64,000 nt of DNA from Candidatus Eiseniibacteriota bacterium. GTDB taxonomy: Bacteria; Eisenbacteria; RBG-16-71-46. Below are positions 1 to 10,415 of the stretch, piece after piece. A program made the position numbers and the translations under genes. Where the stretch lies: contig CAVSAC010000010.1 in the NCBI GenBank assembly GCA_963725865.1, forward strand, positions 384,001 to 448,000, given 5' to 3'. Each line of letters starts with the position of its first letter. Within the stretch, counting starts at the first letter, position 1. The notes below the pieces were generated by a model that saw only the letters and a list, made by a program, of their open reading frames with translations, was not told the origin of the DNA and did no database searches.

Positions 1-303
1 CGGGAAGTCCACGGTGAAGCCGGTGACGGTGGCCGGCCCGCCGCAGACCTTCGCCTGGCCGGCGTTCAGCGTGCCGGAGAGGGGCCACGTGGTGACGTCC
101 ACGTTGTTCGCCACCGCGACCACCGACCAGCTCGTGAGGTCCACGGCGTCCGGGCCGGTGTTGTAGATCTCGATGAAACGATCGGTCGTGTAGTTGTTCA
201 GGGGATCGCAGAGTTCGGAGAGGATCACGCTCGAGCGGGCGGAATCGCTGGCAACCGACACCGCGACCATCGCGGCCAATAGCAGCGCAGGGAGCTTTCG
301 CAA
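1..303 (-). CDS. Secreted lamin-tail-domain (LTD) protein, N-terminal part; runs off the window edge
   Basis: Manual translation, not in the ORF track: TTG start after GGAAAGG, LRKLPALLLAAMVAVSVAS (signal peptide), then VILSELCDP..DRFIEIYNTGPDAVDLTSWSV, an LTD-type motif. No stop codon before base 1. Confidence 0.75.
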   Translation of the reverse strand, partial: MRKLPALLLAAMVAVSVASDSARSSVILSELCDPLNNYTTDRFIEIYNTGPDAVDLTSWSVVAVANNVDVTTWPLSGTLNAGQAKVCGGPATVTGFTVDFP

Positions 304-493
304 GTACGGGGGCTTGCCTTTCCGGATCGGCCCACACGGTGCCGGCTGACGAGGCCTCCCAGGGATCGCGGGAATACCGCTGACGATCCGGGCCAGGCTC
401 CAACCGGTGCGCGCATGGAGTGGATGTCCATAATCCTAAGCGGTCGGATGACCGCGAGGGAAGCAGGCCGGCTCGGACCCCGGACGTCCCGTC

Positions 494-784
494 TCAGCCC
501 GCGGGCGAGACGTCGCCGTGGCGACGGCGCTCGGCGGCCCGCGCCCGAGCCTTGGCCGCCTCGACCTCGCGGTCGCGCGGGGGCGCGGTCGTGACCAGTG
601 AGTCCAGCAGCTCGCGCGCGGCCCGCGCCACCTCGTCCACCGCCCGCGCGAAGGCCGGCTCGTTCACTCGCGAGGGCCGCGTGCATCCGCTCAGCTTGCG
701 CACGAACTGCAGCGCGGACGCGCGGATCTCCTCATCGGTCGCGGGCGGCGAGAAGTTGTGCAGCGTCCGGATGTTTCGACACAC
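494..784 (-). CDS. DUF2277 family protein
   Basis: GTG start after GGAGGAG; MCRNIRTLHNFSPPATDEEIRASALQFVRKLSG is the characteristic DUF2277 N-terminus. Confidence 0.9.
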   Translation of the reverse strand: MCRNIRTLHNFSPPATDEEIRASALQFVRKLSGCTRPSRVNEPAFARAVDEVARAARELLDSLVTTAPPRDREVEAAKARARAAERRRHGDVSPAG

Positions 785-849
785 GACGGCTCCTCCTTCC
801 GAACGGTCAGGTCGCTCGAACGGGCCCAGCGCCCGGCGTGGCCAGCGAA

Positions 850-1125
850 TCACCGGTTCGCGTGCGCGTCGCGATCCAGGCGGTTCCGCGACATCACGTG
901 CCCGTCGCCACCCTGGGTCACGAGCTCGTATTCGCGGCCGAGGCGCTGCAGGCGCTCCGCGAGATGGAGCGGGTGCATCGCGTCCACCCCGCCGTCGGCC
1001 CCACCCTGCATGATCGACAGCGGGCCGGCAAGCCCCTCCGGCCAGCGCACGGCGGAGCGGGATTCCGCGATCGCCGCTCGCGCGGCTCGGGGTCGGCTTG
1101 TCGCGCGGCCTTCCAGGCGGCACAA
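850..1125 (-). pseudogene. Degenerate C-terminal fragment of an S9/alpha-beta hydrolase peptidase
   Basis: RSAVRWPE..LSIMQGGADGGV..LAERLQRLGREYELVTQGGDGH resembles the Asp/His end of S9 peptidases. No GxSxG-containing N-terminus is visible. Confidence 0.45.
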
Positions 1126-1262
1126 TCGCCCTGCGATCGGTCCACCCAGGGCCTCCTGCCCTGGATCGAAGGACGGTGGCGGTGCCCAGGTGCCGCGCTC
1201 CTCACGGTGCGCGTGACCGCGCGCCCGCAGCGACGATCACGGAAGGTGGAGAGCCCGAGACG

Positions 1263-2091
1263 ATGGCGGTTCGTCAACAGCGTTTCTCGATCCTGTGGTT
1301 CAGCGTCCAGGTGCTGGTGCAGTACGCGCTCCTGCTCGTCGCGTTCCGGTTCCTGCTTCCCACGGTCTGGAGCCGCCAGTTCGCGGCGGGGTGGCCGGCG
1401 CTGGTGCTCAGCTTCCTCGTCGGGCACCTGAGCATCTGTTTCTTCGAGTGGGGATTCCACCGCTACGTGCTCCATTCGATCACGACCCGCTGGCTCGCGT
1501 ACTTCGCTCGCGGGCACCGCCACCATCACAGTCTGACTCCGATCCGATTGCAGCCGGTAGCGGCCGGCTCGGACCGTTACATCCTCAACCGCTACCCGAT
1601 CACCGAGGAGGCGCAGTATCCGGACTCGGCGTTCCCGGTCTACGCCTTGATCGCCTTCTGGGCGCTGTTCACCCCGCTGCTGCGTGGGGCTCCAGCTCCT
1701 GTGGCCGCGCGTGCCGTTCCTGATCCCCGGCTACACCGCCATCACCTGGTCCATGTGCCTGTACGAGATCCTGCACGCGATCGAGCACCAGCCCTACGAG
1801 TGGTGGAAGGCCGCGACCGAGCACCCGCGCGTGGGCCTCGTGTGGCGCCAGCTGTACGGCTTCCATCACATGCATCACGCCAACATCTCGTGCAACGAGG
1901 CGATCTCGGGGTTCTTCGGGCTGCCGGTCGCCGACTGGGTGCTCGGAACCTACCATCAGCCGCGTGAGCTGCTGCTGGAAGGTCGGCTGGCCACCGCGAA
2001 GGACTTCGCGATTCCCCCACCGCCGCGGCTGGTGCGCTGGGTGGACGAGTGGGTGCGCAAGCGCGAGTCCCACGTGCGCCGGCCCCACTAG
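1263..2091 (+). CDS. Fatty acid hydroxylase/sterol desaturase-like membrane di-iron enzyme, frameshifted near 1682
   Basis: Four His boxes (HRYVLH, HRHHH | HAIEH, HHMHH) are split across two frames, with TM segments and a C-terminal ADWVLGTY. Confidence 0.75.
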
Positions 2092-2153
2092 CGCTCGCTC
2101 CGCCCATCGCTTTCCGTGATCGCGTGACGCGCGGGTCACACCGAGGCGCCGCG

Positions 2154-4406
2154 CTACGAGAAGCTCGCGCCTTCGCGCTGCAGCACCTCGGAGACCGGCC
2201 TCGGCATGCCGATGTGATAGCCCTGGGCATGATCGACGCCGAGCCCACGGAGTAGGGAGGCCGTCTCCTCGTCAGCGACGAACTCGCCGACGGTCTGCTT
2301 GCCCATGCCGCGTGCGATGCCGACGATCGCCTCGACCACCAGCTGATCCACCGGACTGGTGGTGAGGCCGCGGATGAACTCCCCGTCGATCTTCAGGTAG
2401 TCGAACGGAAAATTCTTGAGGTAGGAGAAGGAGCCGAATCCCGCGCCGAAGTCGTCGAGCGCGAAGCGGCAGCCCCGTCCACGCAGTCGACTCGCGAAGT
2501 CCCTGGCCTCCTCGAAGTTGGCGATCGCCGCGGTCTCGGTGAGCTCAAGGATCAGTCGGGCCGGGTCGATCTCGGCTTCCGCCAGGGTCGTCTCGATGAG
2601 CTCGACGAGCTTGCGGTCGCCGATGGACTTGCCCGACAGATTGACGTTCAGCACCAGGTCGAGGCCGGCGCGCATGTGCTGAGCGATCAGGTCGATCGCC
2701 TGACGAACGACCCAGCCGTCGATCGCCTGGATCAGGCCGAAGCGCTCGGCGGCGTAGAGGAAGGCGCTCGGCGGGAGCACCTTCCCCGTTCGATCGTCCG
2801 GGAGGCGGAGCAGGAGCTCGTACTGGCAGATCTGGTTCGTGGTGAGGTCGAGGATCGGCTGACAGTGGAGGGTCAGGCGATTGTCCTCGAGGGCGCGGCG
2901 GACCCGTTCGGCCTCGGCGAGCCTCGCCGAGCCGCGTTCACGCCCCGCCGCGACGGGCCGGTTCACCGCGAATCGATTCCGCCCGGCATCCTTGGCTTCG
3001 TACAGAGCGAGGTCGGCGCACGCGAGCACCTCGAGGTCGGTCATCCCGTCGAGCAGCGTGACCCCGATGCTGGCCGTGACGTGGATCGAGTGATCGTCGA
3101 GCACCACTTGTTGTCGGCCGAGCGCCCGGACGAGATCGTCGGCCACGCTCTGTGCATGCTCGGCGTCCGTCTGCGGGAGCACCACGGCGAATTCGTCCCC
3201 GCCGATCCGCGCCACGATGTCCGTGTGACGAAGTCGTTCGTGAAGCACCTCCGCGACGCCCTTGAGCACGTCGTCTCCGGCACGGTGGCCGAAGGTGTCG
3301 TTGATGTCCTTGAAGTTGTCGAGATCGATGACGAGGGCCGCTCCGGGGGCTCCATAACGAGCCACTCGATCGATCTCCTTCGTGAGTTCCTGCTCGAATC
3401 GCCGGCGATTGTAGAGTCCCGTCAGGTAGTCGTGGTCCACGAAGTGCTCGAGGTGCCGCGCCAGATCCTTGCGTTCCGTGATGTCCTGCACCTGAGTGAC
3501 GAGGTAGCTGGGCTTCCGGTCGTCGTCGCGGACCAGGGACACGGTCACCAGCGCCCAGACGTGGTGACCCTTCGCATGTCGATACCGTTTCTCGACGTGG
3601 TAGCTGGGAATGTGGCCGGCCAGCAACTGGATCAGGTCTTGCGCGTCGATCTCGACGTCATCGGGATGCGTCAGCGCACGGAGCGTCGTGGCCTTCAGCT
3701 CCTGCTCGGTGCGGCCGGTGATGCGGCACAGCGCATCGTTGACCTGCAGCCAGCGATCGTCCATGGCGATCATCGCCATGCCGATCGGGGCGTTGTCGAA
3801 TGCGCTCTCGAATCGCTCGCGCACCTCGCGCAGGCCTCGTTCCACCTCGCGCGCTCCGCTCGCGAGGCGTTCGCGTTTCGAGATCTCCTCGTGGAGCTGC
3901 ACGTTGATGGCCGCGAGTTCGACCTGGGTCGCTTCGAGCTCGTCGATCCTGCGCAGCTGCGCCATGCCGGCGGATGCCAGCAGCGCGGTGCGCCGGCCGA
4001 CATGATCCACGAGCTGGCGGGGCGCCTGTCGGAGGACCACCTCGAGGCGCTCGAGCCGCTCGAGCGCCTCCGAGAGCGCCTGGCTTCTGCGCGCCCCGAT
4101 CCCTCGACGCAGCACCGCCTGGGCGGCCGTCAGGTCCGAGATCCACGCGCGAGCGGCGTCCTCGAGCTGGCCCCGCGCCCTGCGAAGTACTTCTTCGAGC
4201 CGGCCCGCGGCGGCCTCCTCCTTGCCGACGCGTCTTCGTCGGGATCCAGATCCATCTGCTGATCCACTGGGGTTCGTCACCCTCGACTCCGCACTCCGGC
4301 CAGTACCGAAGCACATGCTCGCCAACCGGGACCGAGTTCGTCCCCCCTTGGTACCCGAGCGGTCTTGGCCGCAGTGTCCACCCTCGCCCGCCCTGGCGCG
4401 AGACAA
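2154..4406 (-). CDS. PAS-GGDEF-EAL diguanylate cyclase/phosphodiesterase; true start probably downstream of 4406
   Basis: Coiled coil, then PAS (FDNAPIG..THPDD..QDITERK), DYLTGLYNRR, RIGGDEF, and EAL-domain motifs ELLLR, ELTE, DDFGAG, KIDG, QGY. Confidence 0.93.
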   Translation of the reverse strand: MSRARAGEGGHCGQDRSGTKGGRTRSRLASMCFGTGRSAESRVTNPSGSADGSGSRRRRVGKEEAAAGRLEEVLRRARGQLEDAARAWISDLTAAQAVLRRGIGARRSQALSEALERLERLEVVLRQAPRQLVDHVGRRTALLASAGMAQLRRIDELEATQVELAAINVQLHEEISKRERLASGAREVERGLREVRERFESAFDNAPIGMAMIAMDDRWLQVNDALCRITGRTEQELKATTLRALTHPDDVEIDAQDLIQLLAGHIPSYHVEKRYRHAKGHHVWALVTVSLVRDDDRKPSYLVTQVQDITERKDLARHLEHFVDHDYLTGLYNRRRFEQELTKEIDRVARYGAPGAALVIDLDNFKDINDTFGHRAGDDVLKGVAEVLHERLRHTDIVARIGGDEFAVVLPQTDAEHAQSVADDLVRALGRQQVVLDDHSIHVTASIGVTLLDGMTDLEVLACADLALYEAKDAGRNRFAVNRPVAAGRERGSARLAEAERVRRALEDNRLTLHCQPILDLTTNQICQYELLLRLPDDRTGKVLPPSAFLYAAERFGLIQAIDGWVVRQAIDLIAQHMRAGLDLVLNVNLSGKSIGDRKLVELIETTLAEAEIDPARLILELTETAAIANFEEARDFASRLRGRGCRFALDDFGAGFGSFSYLKNFPFDYLKIDGEFIRGLTTSPVDQLVVEAIVGIARGMGKQTVGEFVADEETASLLRGLGVDHAQGYHIGMPRPVSEVLQREGASFS

Positions 4407-4713
4407 TTCGACGTGCTCGGTGTTCAGACCCGCGCGACGACGCTTCAGGCGACAAGCGCCCGTGGTGGGCGGATTCGATGTTCGGTCCGGGGCGTGGCCT
4501 CGTTTCGTTCACCGTGCGGCTCCCTTAGGGAGCCGACGTGCGGGTGACGAGCGTCGCGGTGCCGGGCGGATGAGGCAGCGGCTCTGCGAGCACGGCGCCC
4601 CGGTGCCCGCGAGCTCCCGCGCCGAGCAGTGCCAGCACCCACAGCGCGGGCGCGAGCACGTAGAAGCCCGGCGCGACGGCTGCGCCGGGCCTCGGGGTTC
4701 CGCTCTCGACGAC

Positions 4714-7404
4714 TCAGCGCACCAGCGCCACGCTCCGCGTGCCGATGGCGCGGCCGTCGACCTCGAGGCCCACGAAGTAGACGCCCGCGCGCACGCGCTG
4801 CCCGTCCTCGGCGCGCGCGTCCCACGACAGCTGGTGACGGCCCGCGGCCAACCGGCCGGCGTCGACGGTACGCACCCGGCGGCCCGCCACGTCGCAGACC
4901 GCGAGCCGCACCCGCGCCTCGCGCGCCAGCGAGAACGCGGCCTGCGCCGCGCCGCGGGTGGGATTGGGACCGAGCGCCTCGAACAGCGTGAGCGCCACGA
5001 TACCGGCGTCGCCGACGCCGGCGGTGGTCGTCAGCGTGGCGGGCGGCGTCGTGGTGCTGCCGCAGCTGTTGCTGACCACCATGGTGTAGGTGCCGAGGTC
5101 GGGCGCCCCGAGGTTGTGGATGTTCAGCACCTCCGACTGCGTGCCGCTGAGCACGGAGCCGGTGCCCGTCGGACCATCCGTGAGCGGCGCAGCATCGCGG
5201 TACCACTGCAGCGTGAGGTTGGTGTATCCCGTGTCGGGGATCGCGGTGAGGCTGAGGTCGGTTCCGAAGTCGACCGACTGCGAGAACGGGTAGCTGCGGA
5301 ACTGCGGCACGCCCGTCTCGTCGAACGACGCCCAGGTCGGCGTGTTGATGAACGAGCCGTTGTCCATGTTCGTGAAGTAGCCGCCCACGTCGACGATGTT
5401 GTCGTGGTGGGTGATGGTGTTGACGAGGTTGTCGGCGCCGCCGTGGACTTCGTGCCAGCTGCCGTCCCAGTAGCCCATGTGGTTCGCGACGACTCCGCCG
5501 AGGTTCGCGAACGTGCCGCCGACGTAGAGCCTGGTTCCCGTGGAGTGCATCCCTCGGATGTAGCCGTCCGCGCCGCCGGTCCCGAGTGTCGAATAGGTGC
5601 TGCCGTCCCACTGGACGATGTTCGGCGAGCCCGCGAGCCCCGGGAACAACCCGCCGATGACGAGCTGGCCGTCGTGGATCTCGAGCGCGAACACCTGTCC
5701 GCTCAACCCGCCTCCGACCGCGCTCCAGCTGGCTCCGTCCCAGCGGGCGAGGCCGCCCGTGGGCACGCCACCCGCCGACGTGAAGCTGCCGCCGGCGTAC
5801 AGGAAGCCGCCGAACGATCGGATCGCGTAGACGTCCCCGCCCGTGATCCCCAAGGCCAGCGGCTCCCACGCGCTGGCCGTGGAATTCCAGCGCGCGATGT
5901 GATTGAGCATCGTGGCTCCCGACGCGGTGAACGCGCCGCCGGCATACGTGGAGGTGTTGAATCGCTCGATCGCCTCGACCTCGCCGTTGAAGCCCGTGCC
6001 CATCGCTTCCCACGCGGGGGGCGGAAACGCGATCTGTCGCGCCACCCAGTGCGCGACGCTGGTGGCCGCGACGCCGCCCGCGTGCGTGAAGGTGCCGCCG
6101 GCGACGAGCTCGCTCGCGCCGAACGGTCCGGGGTTGGTGAAGGCCTTCAGCGCCGTGACGGGACCGTCCATGCCGGTGCCGAAGGTCGAGAACGTGGCGC
6201 CGTCCCAGCCAACGATGTTGTGCGCGACCGGGCCGATGAACGGAGCGCGGTGGAACGTCCCGGCGGCGACCGTCCGCGATCCGAACCGCGTCATCGCCTG
6301 CACGACGACGGTCGTGCTGCCGTTGTAGGCGCCCCAGTTCGTGCCGTCCCAGCGCGCGATGCGATTCATCGGGCGCGCGTCGATCGACGTGAACGTGCCC
6401 ATCGCGATCAGCTCGTTGCCATAGGTCTGCAGCCGGGTGTTCGTGCCCGTGACCGCGGCACCGACCTGGTGCAGTGCCCCGTCGTACATGAACACGCCGT
6501 TCGCAGGGCCGCCGCCACCGGTCAACCCCTCGCCGCAGACGTAGAGCTGGCCCTGGTAGACCTCGAGGTCGTTGAACGTCACGTTTCCGAGCGCCGGGGA
6601 GCTCGACCACGAGGTCCCGTTCCACGACGAGATGTGGTTGCCGCCCGCCGCCCAGAACGCGCCGTTGAAGCCCTGGAAATCCGACACACCGGTCAGCAGC
6701 CCGGCGCCCATGGCCGACCACGACGAGCCGTTCCAGCGCGCCACACCGTTCACCGCCGTGCCGCCCGCGCTGGTGAGCGCGCCGCCCACGATCAGCTCGG
6801 CTCCCCACAGGCCGATGCTGGAGATGTTGCCCTGGACGCCGCTGCCGAGCGCGGCCCACGACGAGCCGTTCCAGCGCGCGATGTTCGCCACCGGGAGCCC
6901 GCCGGCGGTGTTGAAGAGCCCCGCGGCGATCAGCTCGCCGTTGTACACGGTGACGGCGCGCACGTAAGTGCCGAGGATGCCGCTGCCGAGCGGCTGCCAC
7001 GAGCTGCCATTCCAGCGCGCGATCCGATTCACGGGCTGTCCGCCGGCGCTCACCAGCGTTCCGGCCACGATCAGCTCGCCGTTGTAGACCGTGAAGCACA
7101 TCACCTGTCCGCTGACGCTGGTCCCAAGGGAGTGCCAGAACCCGGTGGCCGGATCGTGTTCGGCGAGGCCGCCGGTCGGCAGGCCCTGCATGTCGAAGAA
7201 GGAACCGGCGACCACCAGTCGAGTCGACAGGGGCCCGGCTCCGTCGGGGTCCCACACCGTCGCTTCGCCGATCGGCCCGTCCGCGCCGTTGGCGATGTTG
7301 GAGTTGGGCAGCGGGCCGGTGCGCCATCCGGGGCAGAGGGCGAGCGCAGCCGATGGGACGAGCAGCGCGAGTAGCGCGAGCAGGGCGAACGATCGGGACT
7401 TCAT
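4714..7404 (-). CDS. Secreted beta-propeller repeat protein with an Ig domain and FlgD/T9SS-like C-terminal tail (896 aa)
   Basis: SD GAGGAGG, signal peptide MKSRSFALLALLALL, repeated NIARWNGSSW..LG blades, Ig motif YTMVVSNSCGS, tail GPNP..DVAGRRVR..WDAR..GVYF. Confidence 0.88.
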   Translation of the reverse strand: MKSRSFALLALLALLVPSAALALCPGWRTGPLPNSNIANGADGPIGEATVWDPDGAGPLSTRLVVAGSFFDMQGLPTGGLAEHDPATGFWHSLGTSVSGQVMCFTVYNGELIVAGTLVSAGGQPVNRIARWNGSSWQPLGSGILGTYVRAVTVYNGELIAAGLFNTAGGLPVANIARWNGSSWAALGSGVQGNISSIGLWGAELIVGGALTSAGGTAVNGVARWNGSSWSAMGAGLLTGVSDFQGFNGAFWAAGGNHISSWNGTSWSSSPALGNVTFNDLEVYQGQLYVCGEGLTGGGGPANGVFMYDGALHQVGAAVTGTNTRLQTYGNELIAMGTFTSIDARPMNRIARWDGTNWGAYNGSTTVVVQAMTRFGSRTVAAGTFHRAPFIGPVAHNIVGWDGATFSTFGTGMDGPVTALKAFTNPGPFGASELVAGGTFTHAGGVAATSVAHWVARQIAFPPPAWEAMGTGFNGEVEAIERFNTSTYAGGAFTASGATMLNHIARWNSTASAWEPLALGITGGDVYAIRSFGGFLYAGGSFTSAGGVPTGGLARWDGASWSAVGGGLSGQVFALEIHDGQLVIGGLFPGLAGSPNIVQWDGSTYSTLGTGGADGYIRGMHSTGTRLYVGGTFANLGGVVANHMGYWDGSWHEVHGGADNLVNTITHHDNIVDVGGYFTNMDNGSFINTPTWASFDETGVPQFRSYPFSQSVDFGTDLSLTAIPDTGYTNLTLQWYRDAAPLTDGPTGTGSVLSGTQSEVLNIHNLGAPDLGTYTMVVSNSCGSTTTPPATLTTTAGVGDAGIVALTLFEALGPNPTRGAAQAAFSLAREARVRLAVCDVAGRRVRTVDAGRLAAGRHQLSWDARAEDGQRVRAGVYFVGLEVDGRAIGTRSVALVR

Positions 7405-7676
7405 GGGGCCTCCTCGAAGAAGGGCGGACAGGGGACCCGGAGGACCGGGAACCTGCGGAACCCGCGGCGGCCTGCTCGGCGGGGCGTGGTCACCGGTCCT
7501 TACGTCCGAAGCGCTCCGCGCGAACGCGCGCGGTCGCACGCCCGCTCGCGGGCCCGCCCGAGACCCAGGGCAGGGTCGGGTCCTCGCTCGCAAGGGAGCG
7601 CCGCGGGTGCGTTGGCGGGCGGGCGCCCGCAGAATCCGCGGGCGGCCCGCCCGCCTCGGTGCGGCGGCCCGCCGCG

Positions 7677-10244
7677 TTATCTCGTCAGGACTGCGCGTGC
7701 CGTGCGCACCACCGGCGTGCCGTTCGCGCGGATGACCGCGCGCGCGAAGTACACCCCACTCGCGGGCCGCCAGCCCCCCGCGAAGGCGTCGAGCCGATGA
7801 CGGCCGCCGGCGAGCGCGGCGTCCAGCAGCCGGGCGACCTCGCGCCCACCCACGTCGAAGACGCGGACCTCGACCCGGGCGGCCTCCGGAAGGTCGAGCT
7901 CGAACGCCGGCGCGACCCCGCCCGCGAGCGCGACGAAGCGGATCGCCGCGACCTGGTCGATCCCCGCTCCGGGACCGACGTCGTTGGTTCCCGCCGTGAT
8001 CGCGATCCGGACGGAGCTGTCGCCGTAGACCACGGCGGCCTGTCCCGACAGCGGGTTTCCGTTCCAGGTGACGCTGCTGAAGCCACCCAGGCGCGCGCGG
8101 CAGGTGAGCACGGTGAACGTGTCGCCGACGGTGCGAAGGAAGCTCGGATCCAGCTCGAGGTCGAGTGTCCCACCGAGCGCGGCCAATCCGCTCGCGACCA
8201 GCGTGTCGCTGACCGGATCGCCGGCGGACGTGGTGCCCAGCTTGACGTGGAAGTGCCCGTTCCCCGTCTGAACGAAGTCCCCGGTCAGTCGGAGCGTGCC
8301 GAACGAGCCTGTCTCGGACGCGGGCACCAGCCTGGCGGCGTTCTGCAGCCGCGCCGAGAGCCGGCCGTAGCCCGCGAGCTGTCCGCTCGAACTCACGTTG
8401 ATTTGATTCGCGTGGATCTCGCCGTCCTCGAGGTGGACGCTGTCGTGCACCTCGAGCTGGCCGGTGGTCGTGAATCGTCCACCGCCCCTCAGCGTCAGCG
8501 TGCCGCCCGCGGCGTGAATCGTCGTCACCGGCACCCCCGCCCCGCCCGCGAGCACCTCGACCACGCCTCCATCGTCCACCTCGAGCGCCCCGGTGCCCGC
8601 GGCGATGCCGCCACCGCCGACATCGACCGGCCCCACGGCATGGAGCGCGGAGCCCGCCCCGGTCACGGTGATCCGGCCCGAGCCCGTGCCGCTCGCGCCC
8701 AGATAGATGTACCGCACGGCGACGATTGCCCCCGAGCGCACGTCGACCGCGCCGTGACCGCGATTCCCGACGATCAGCGGGCCGATCGAGACGAGCACGG
8801 CGGAGGAGTCCACGACGGCGGTGCCGTCCCCGGCGAGCGAATCCCCGAGCACGGTCGAGCCCGCACCCATGTTGAGAACCGTGCCCGGGCCGCTCACGCG
8901 CAGCGCGCCCGAGCCACCGCGGCCGAGCTGGAGCTGCGCCGACGTCGAGACCGTGGACGGGCCGACGCTCGAAGCTCCGCCCGCGATCCACAGTTCGGGC
9001 GTGCCGACCTGGCTCGACACCACGAGCGTCCGTGCCGGCGGCCACACGAACGCCCCGCCGTGTACGTGCGTGATGCCGCCTCGCAGGTCGAGCCCGGGCT
9101 CGGTCGCGGTCGTGATCCTGAGTCCGCCGCTGCCGATGAACTCGGCGCCTTGGAGCACCCGCAGCACGCAGTTCTGGTCGCCCGCCGAGCTCCCGACCTC
9201 GCACCAGCCGCCGACGCGCAGCGTCGAGGGGCCGGCGACATTGACCTCGGCGCGACCCGCCGGAATGACGAAGAACGAGCGACCGACGCCGAGGTTGCCG
9301 TCCACGTTCGCCTGGGTGGACCTGAACACCGCCCCCGGCCCGACGTTGAACGTCCCAACGGCGCCGGAGCTGCGGCCCACGTACACGCTGCGGTCCGCGT
9401 CGAGCGCGCCGCCGTTGGTGACGTTGAGCGTGCCGTTGCCGGAGGCGCCGACCACGAGATCGCCGAACCCCACCATGTAGAGATGACTCGAGGCGAGGGT
9501 CAGCAGATCGATCCCCGCCACGTTGACGGTGCCGTTCGACCCCAGGACGCTCCCGATCGTCATCCCCCACGTCGAGCTGCTCGCGTCGCCACTGTACAGG
9601 CGTGCGCCCCCGCCCACGGTGAGCCGTCCGCTGCCGTGGTTGCCGACGAGGTCTCCGTTGCCGTTCCCGCCGACGAACGCGTGCGAGTGGAACTCCGTGG
9701 TCTTGCCCGTGAGCGTGAAGTCGGCGAGGTTGGCGCTGCCGTTCACCTCGAGGTAGTCCGCGTTCACGATGCCGCCCGTGATGCGCGTCGTGCTGCCGAA
9801 CGAGCCGCTTCCCGGCATCACGTAGAAGCTCCGCGTCGTGTGCGGCGCGCTGAACTGCAGGGTGATGTTCCCGCCCGTGTAGCTGTGCCCGAACGTGCTC
9901 GCGACACCCGCGGGGAACGTGATGGTGTAAGTGCCGGCGAGGATGCCGTTGACGTAGTCGGCGCCCGTGGGGAGGCCGGTGGGCGTCCAGTTCGTCGAGA
10001 CGTCGGCCGAGCCGCTCACCGCCGACTTCCACCCGTAGCTGACGAACGCCGACGCCGGGGACGGCGCGCTGCCACTCGCGATCAGCAGCACCGCGAGGAC
10101 GCCCCGGATGCACGGTGCCAGCCAGGCGCCGCGGCCCGGGAGTCGAAACCGTTCGAGGACTCGCATGCGATCTCTGTGGTGGAGTGCCGCGAGGGTGAGC
10201 GAGAAGGTGCGGGCGACGGCATGCGAACCGAATGGGACGAACAT
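7677..10244 (-). CDS. Secreted T5SS/PEP-CTERM-associated-repeat (beta-helix-like) protein with a short T9SS-like tail
   Basis: ATG after AAGGAG (alternative start 10166). Repeats of type VGASGNGTLNVTNGG, then LGGTLDLEL..GDTFTVLT, tail VFDVGGREVARL..GRH..SGVYFAR. Confidence 0.8.
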   Translation of the reverse strand: MFVPFGSHAVARTFSLTLAALHHRDRMRVLERFRLPGRGAWLAPCIRGVLAVLLIASGSAPSPASAFVSYGWKSAVSGSADVSTNWTPTGLPTGADYVNGILAGTYTITFPAGVASTFGHSYTGGNITLQFSAPHTTRSFYVMPGSGSFGSTTRITGGIVNADYLEVNGSANLADFTLTGKTTEFHSHAFVGGNGNGDLVGNHGSGRLTVGGGARLYSGDASSSTWGMTIGSVLGSNGTVNVAGIDLLTLASSHLYMVGFGDLVVGASGNGTLNVTNGGALDADRSVYVGRSSGAVGTFNVGPGAVFRSTQANVDGNLGVGRSFFVIPAGRAEVNVAGPSTLRVGGWCEVGSSAGDQNCVLRVLQGAEFIGSGGLRITTATEPGLDLRGGITHVHGGAFVWPPARTLVVSSQVGTPELWIAGGASSVGPSTVSTSAQLQLGRGGSGALRVSGPGTVLNMGAGSTVLGDSLAGDGTAVVDSSAVLVSIGPLIVGNRGHGAVDVRSGAIVAVRYIYLGASGTGSGRITVTGAGSALHAVGPVDVGGGGIAAGTGALEVDDGGVVEVLAGGAGVPVTTIHAAGGTLTLRGGGRFTTTGQLEVHDSVHLEDGEIHANQINVSSSGQLAGYGRLSARLQNAARLVPASETGSFGTLRLTGDFVQTGNGHFHVKLGTTSAGDPVSDTLVASGLAALGGTLDLELDPSFLRTVGDTFTVLTCRARLGGFSSVTWNGNPLSGQAAVVYGDSSVRIAITAGTNDVGPGAGIDQVAAIRFVALAGGVAPAFELDLPEAARVEVRVFDVGGREVARLLDAALAGGRHRLDAFAGGWRPASGVYFARAVIRANGTPVVRTARAVLTR

Positions 10245-10367
10245 GGCGGGGCTCCTTGGGCCGTGGGGCGACAGGGTGGTCGTGATCCCCATGACGTCCG
10301 GAGCGCGGACATTGCACACCCGCCGGGGGGGAATCGGATCCCCGCCGGCCACCCGCTCGATCCCCGG

Positions 10368-10376
10368 TGGTATGCT
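10368..10376 (+). promoter_or_regulatory. Putative extended -10 element for the ECF-kinase operon
   Basis: TGGTATGCT (TGn-TAnnnT) about 40 nt upstream of the GTG start. Confidence 0.4.
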
Positions 10377-10415
10377 CCCGCGCGATCTCGAGCCGTTCCG
10401 CAGGAGGGCCCCCCT

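Noticed and set aside
795..825. CCGTTCG repeat pair upstream of DUF2277 (minus strand) as a further LytTR site
   Set aside because: Spacing is 17 bp rather than 21, and it abuts the SD.
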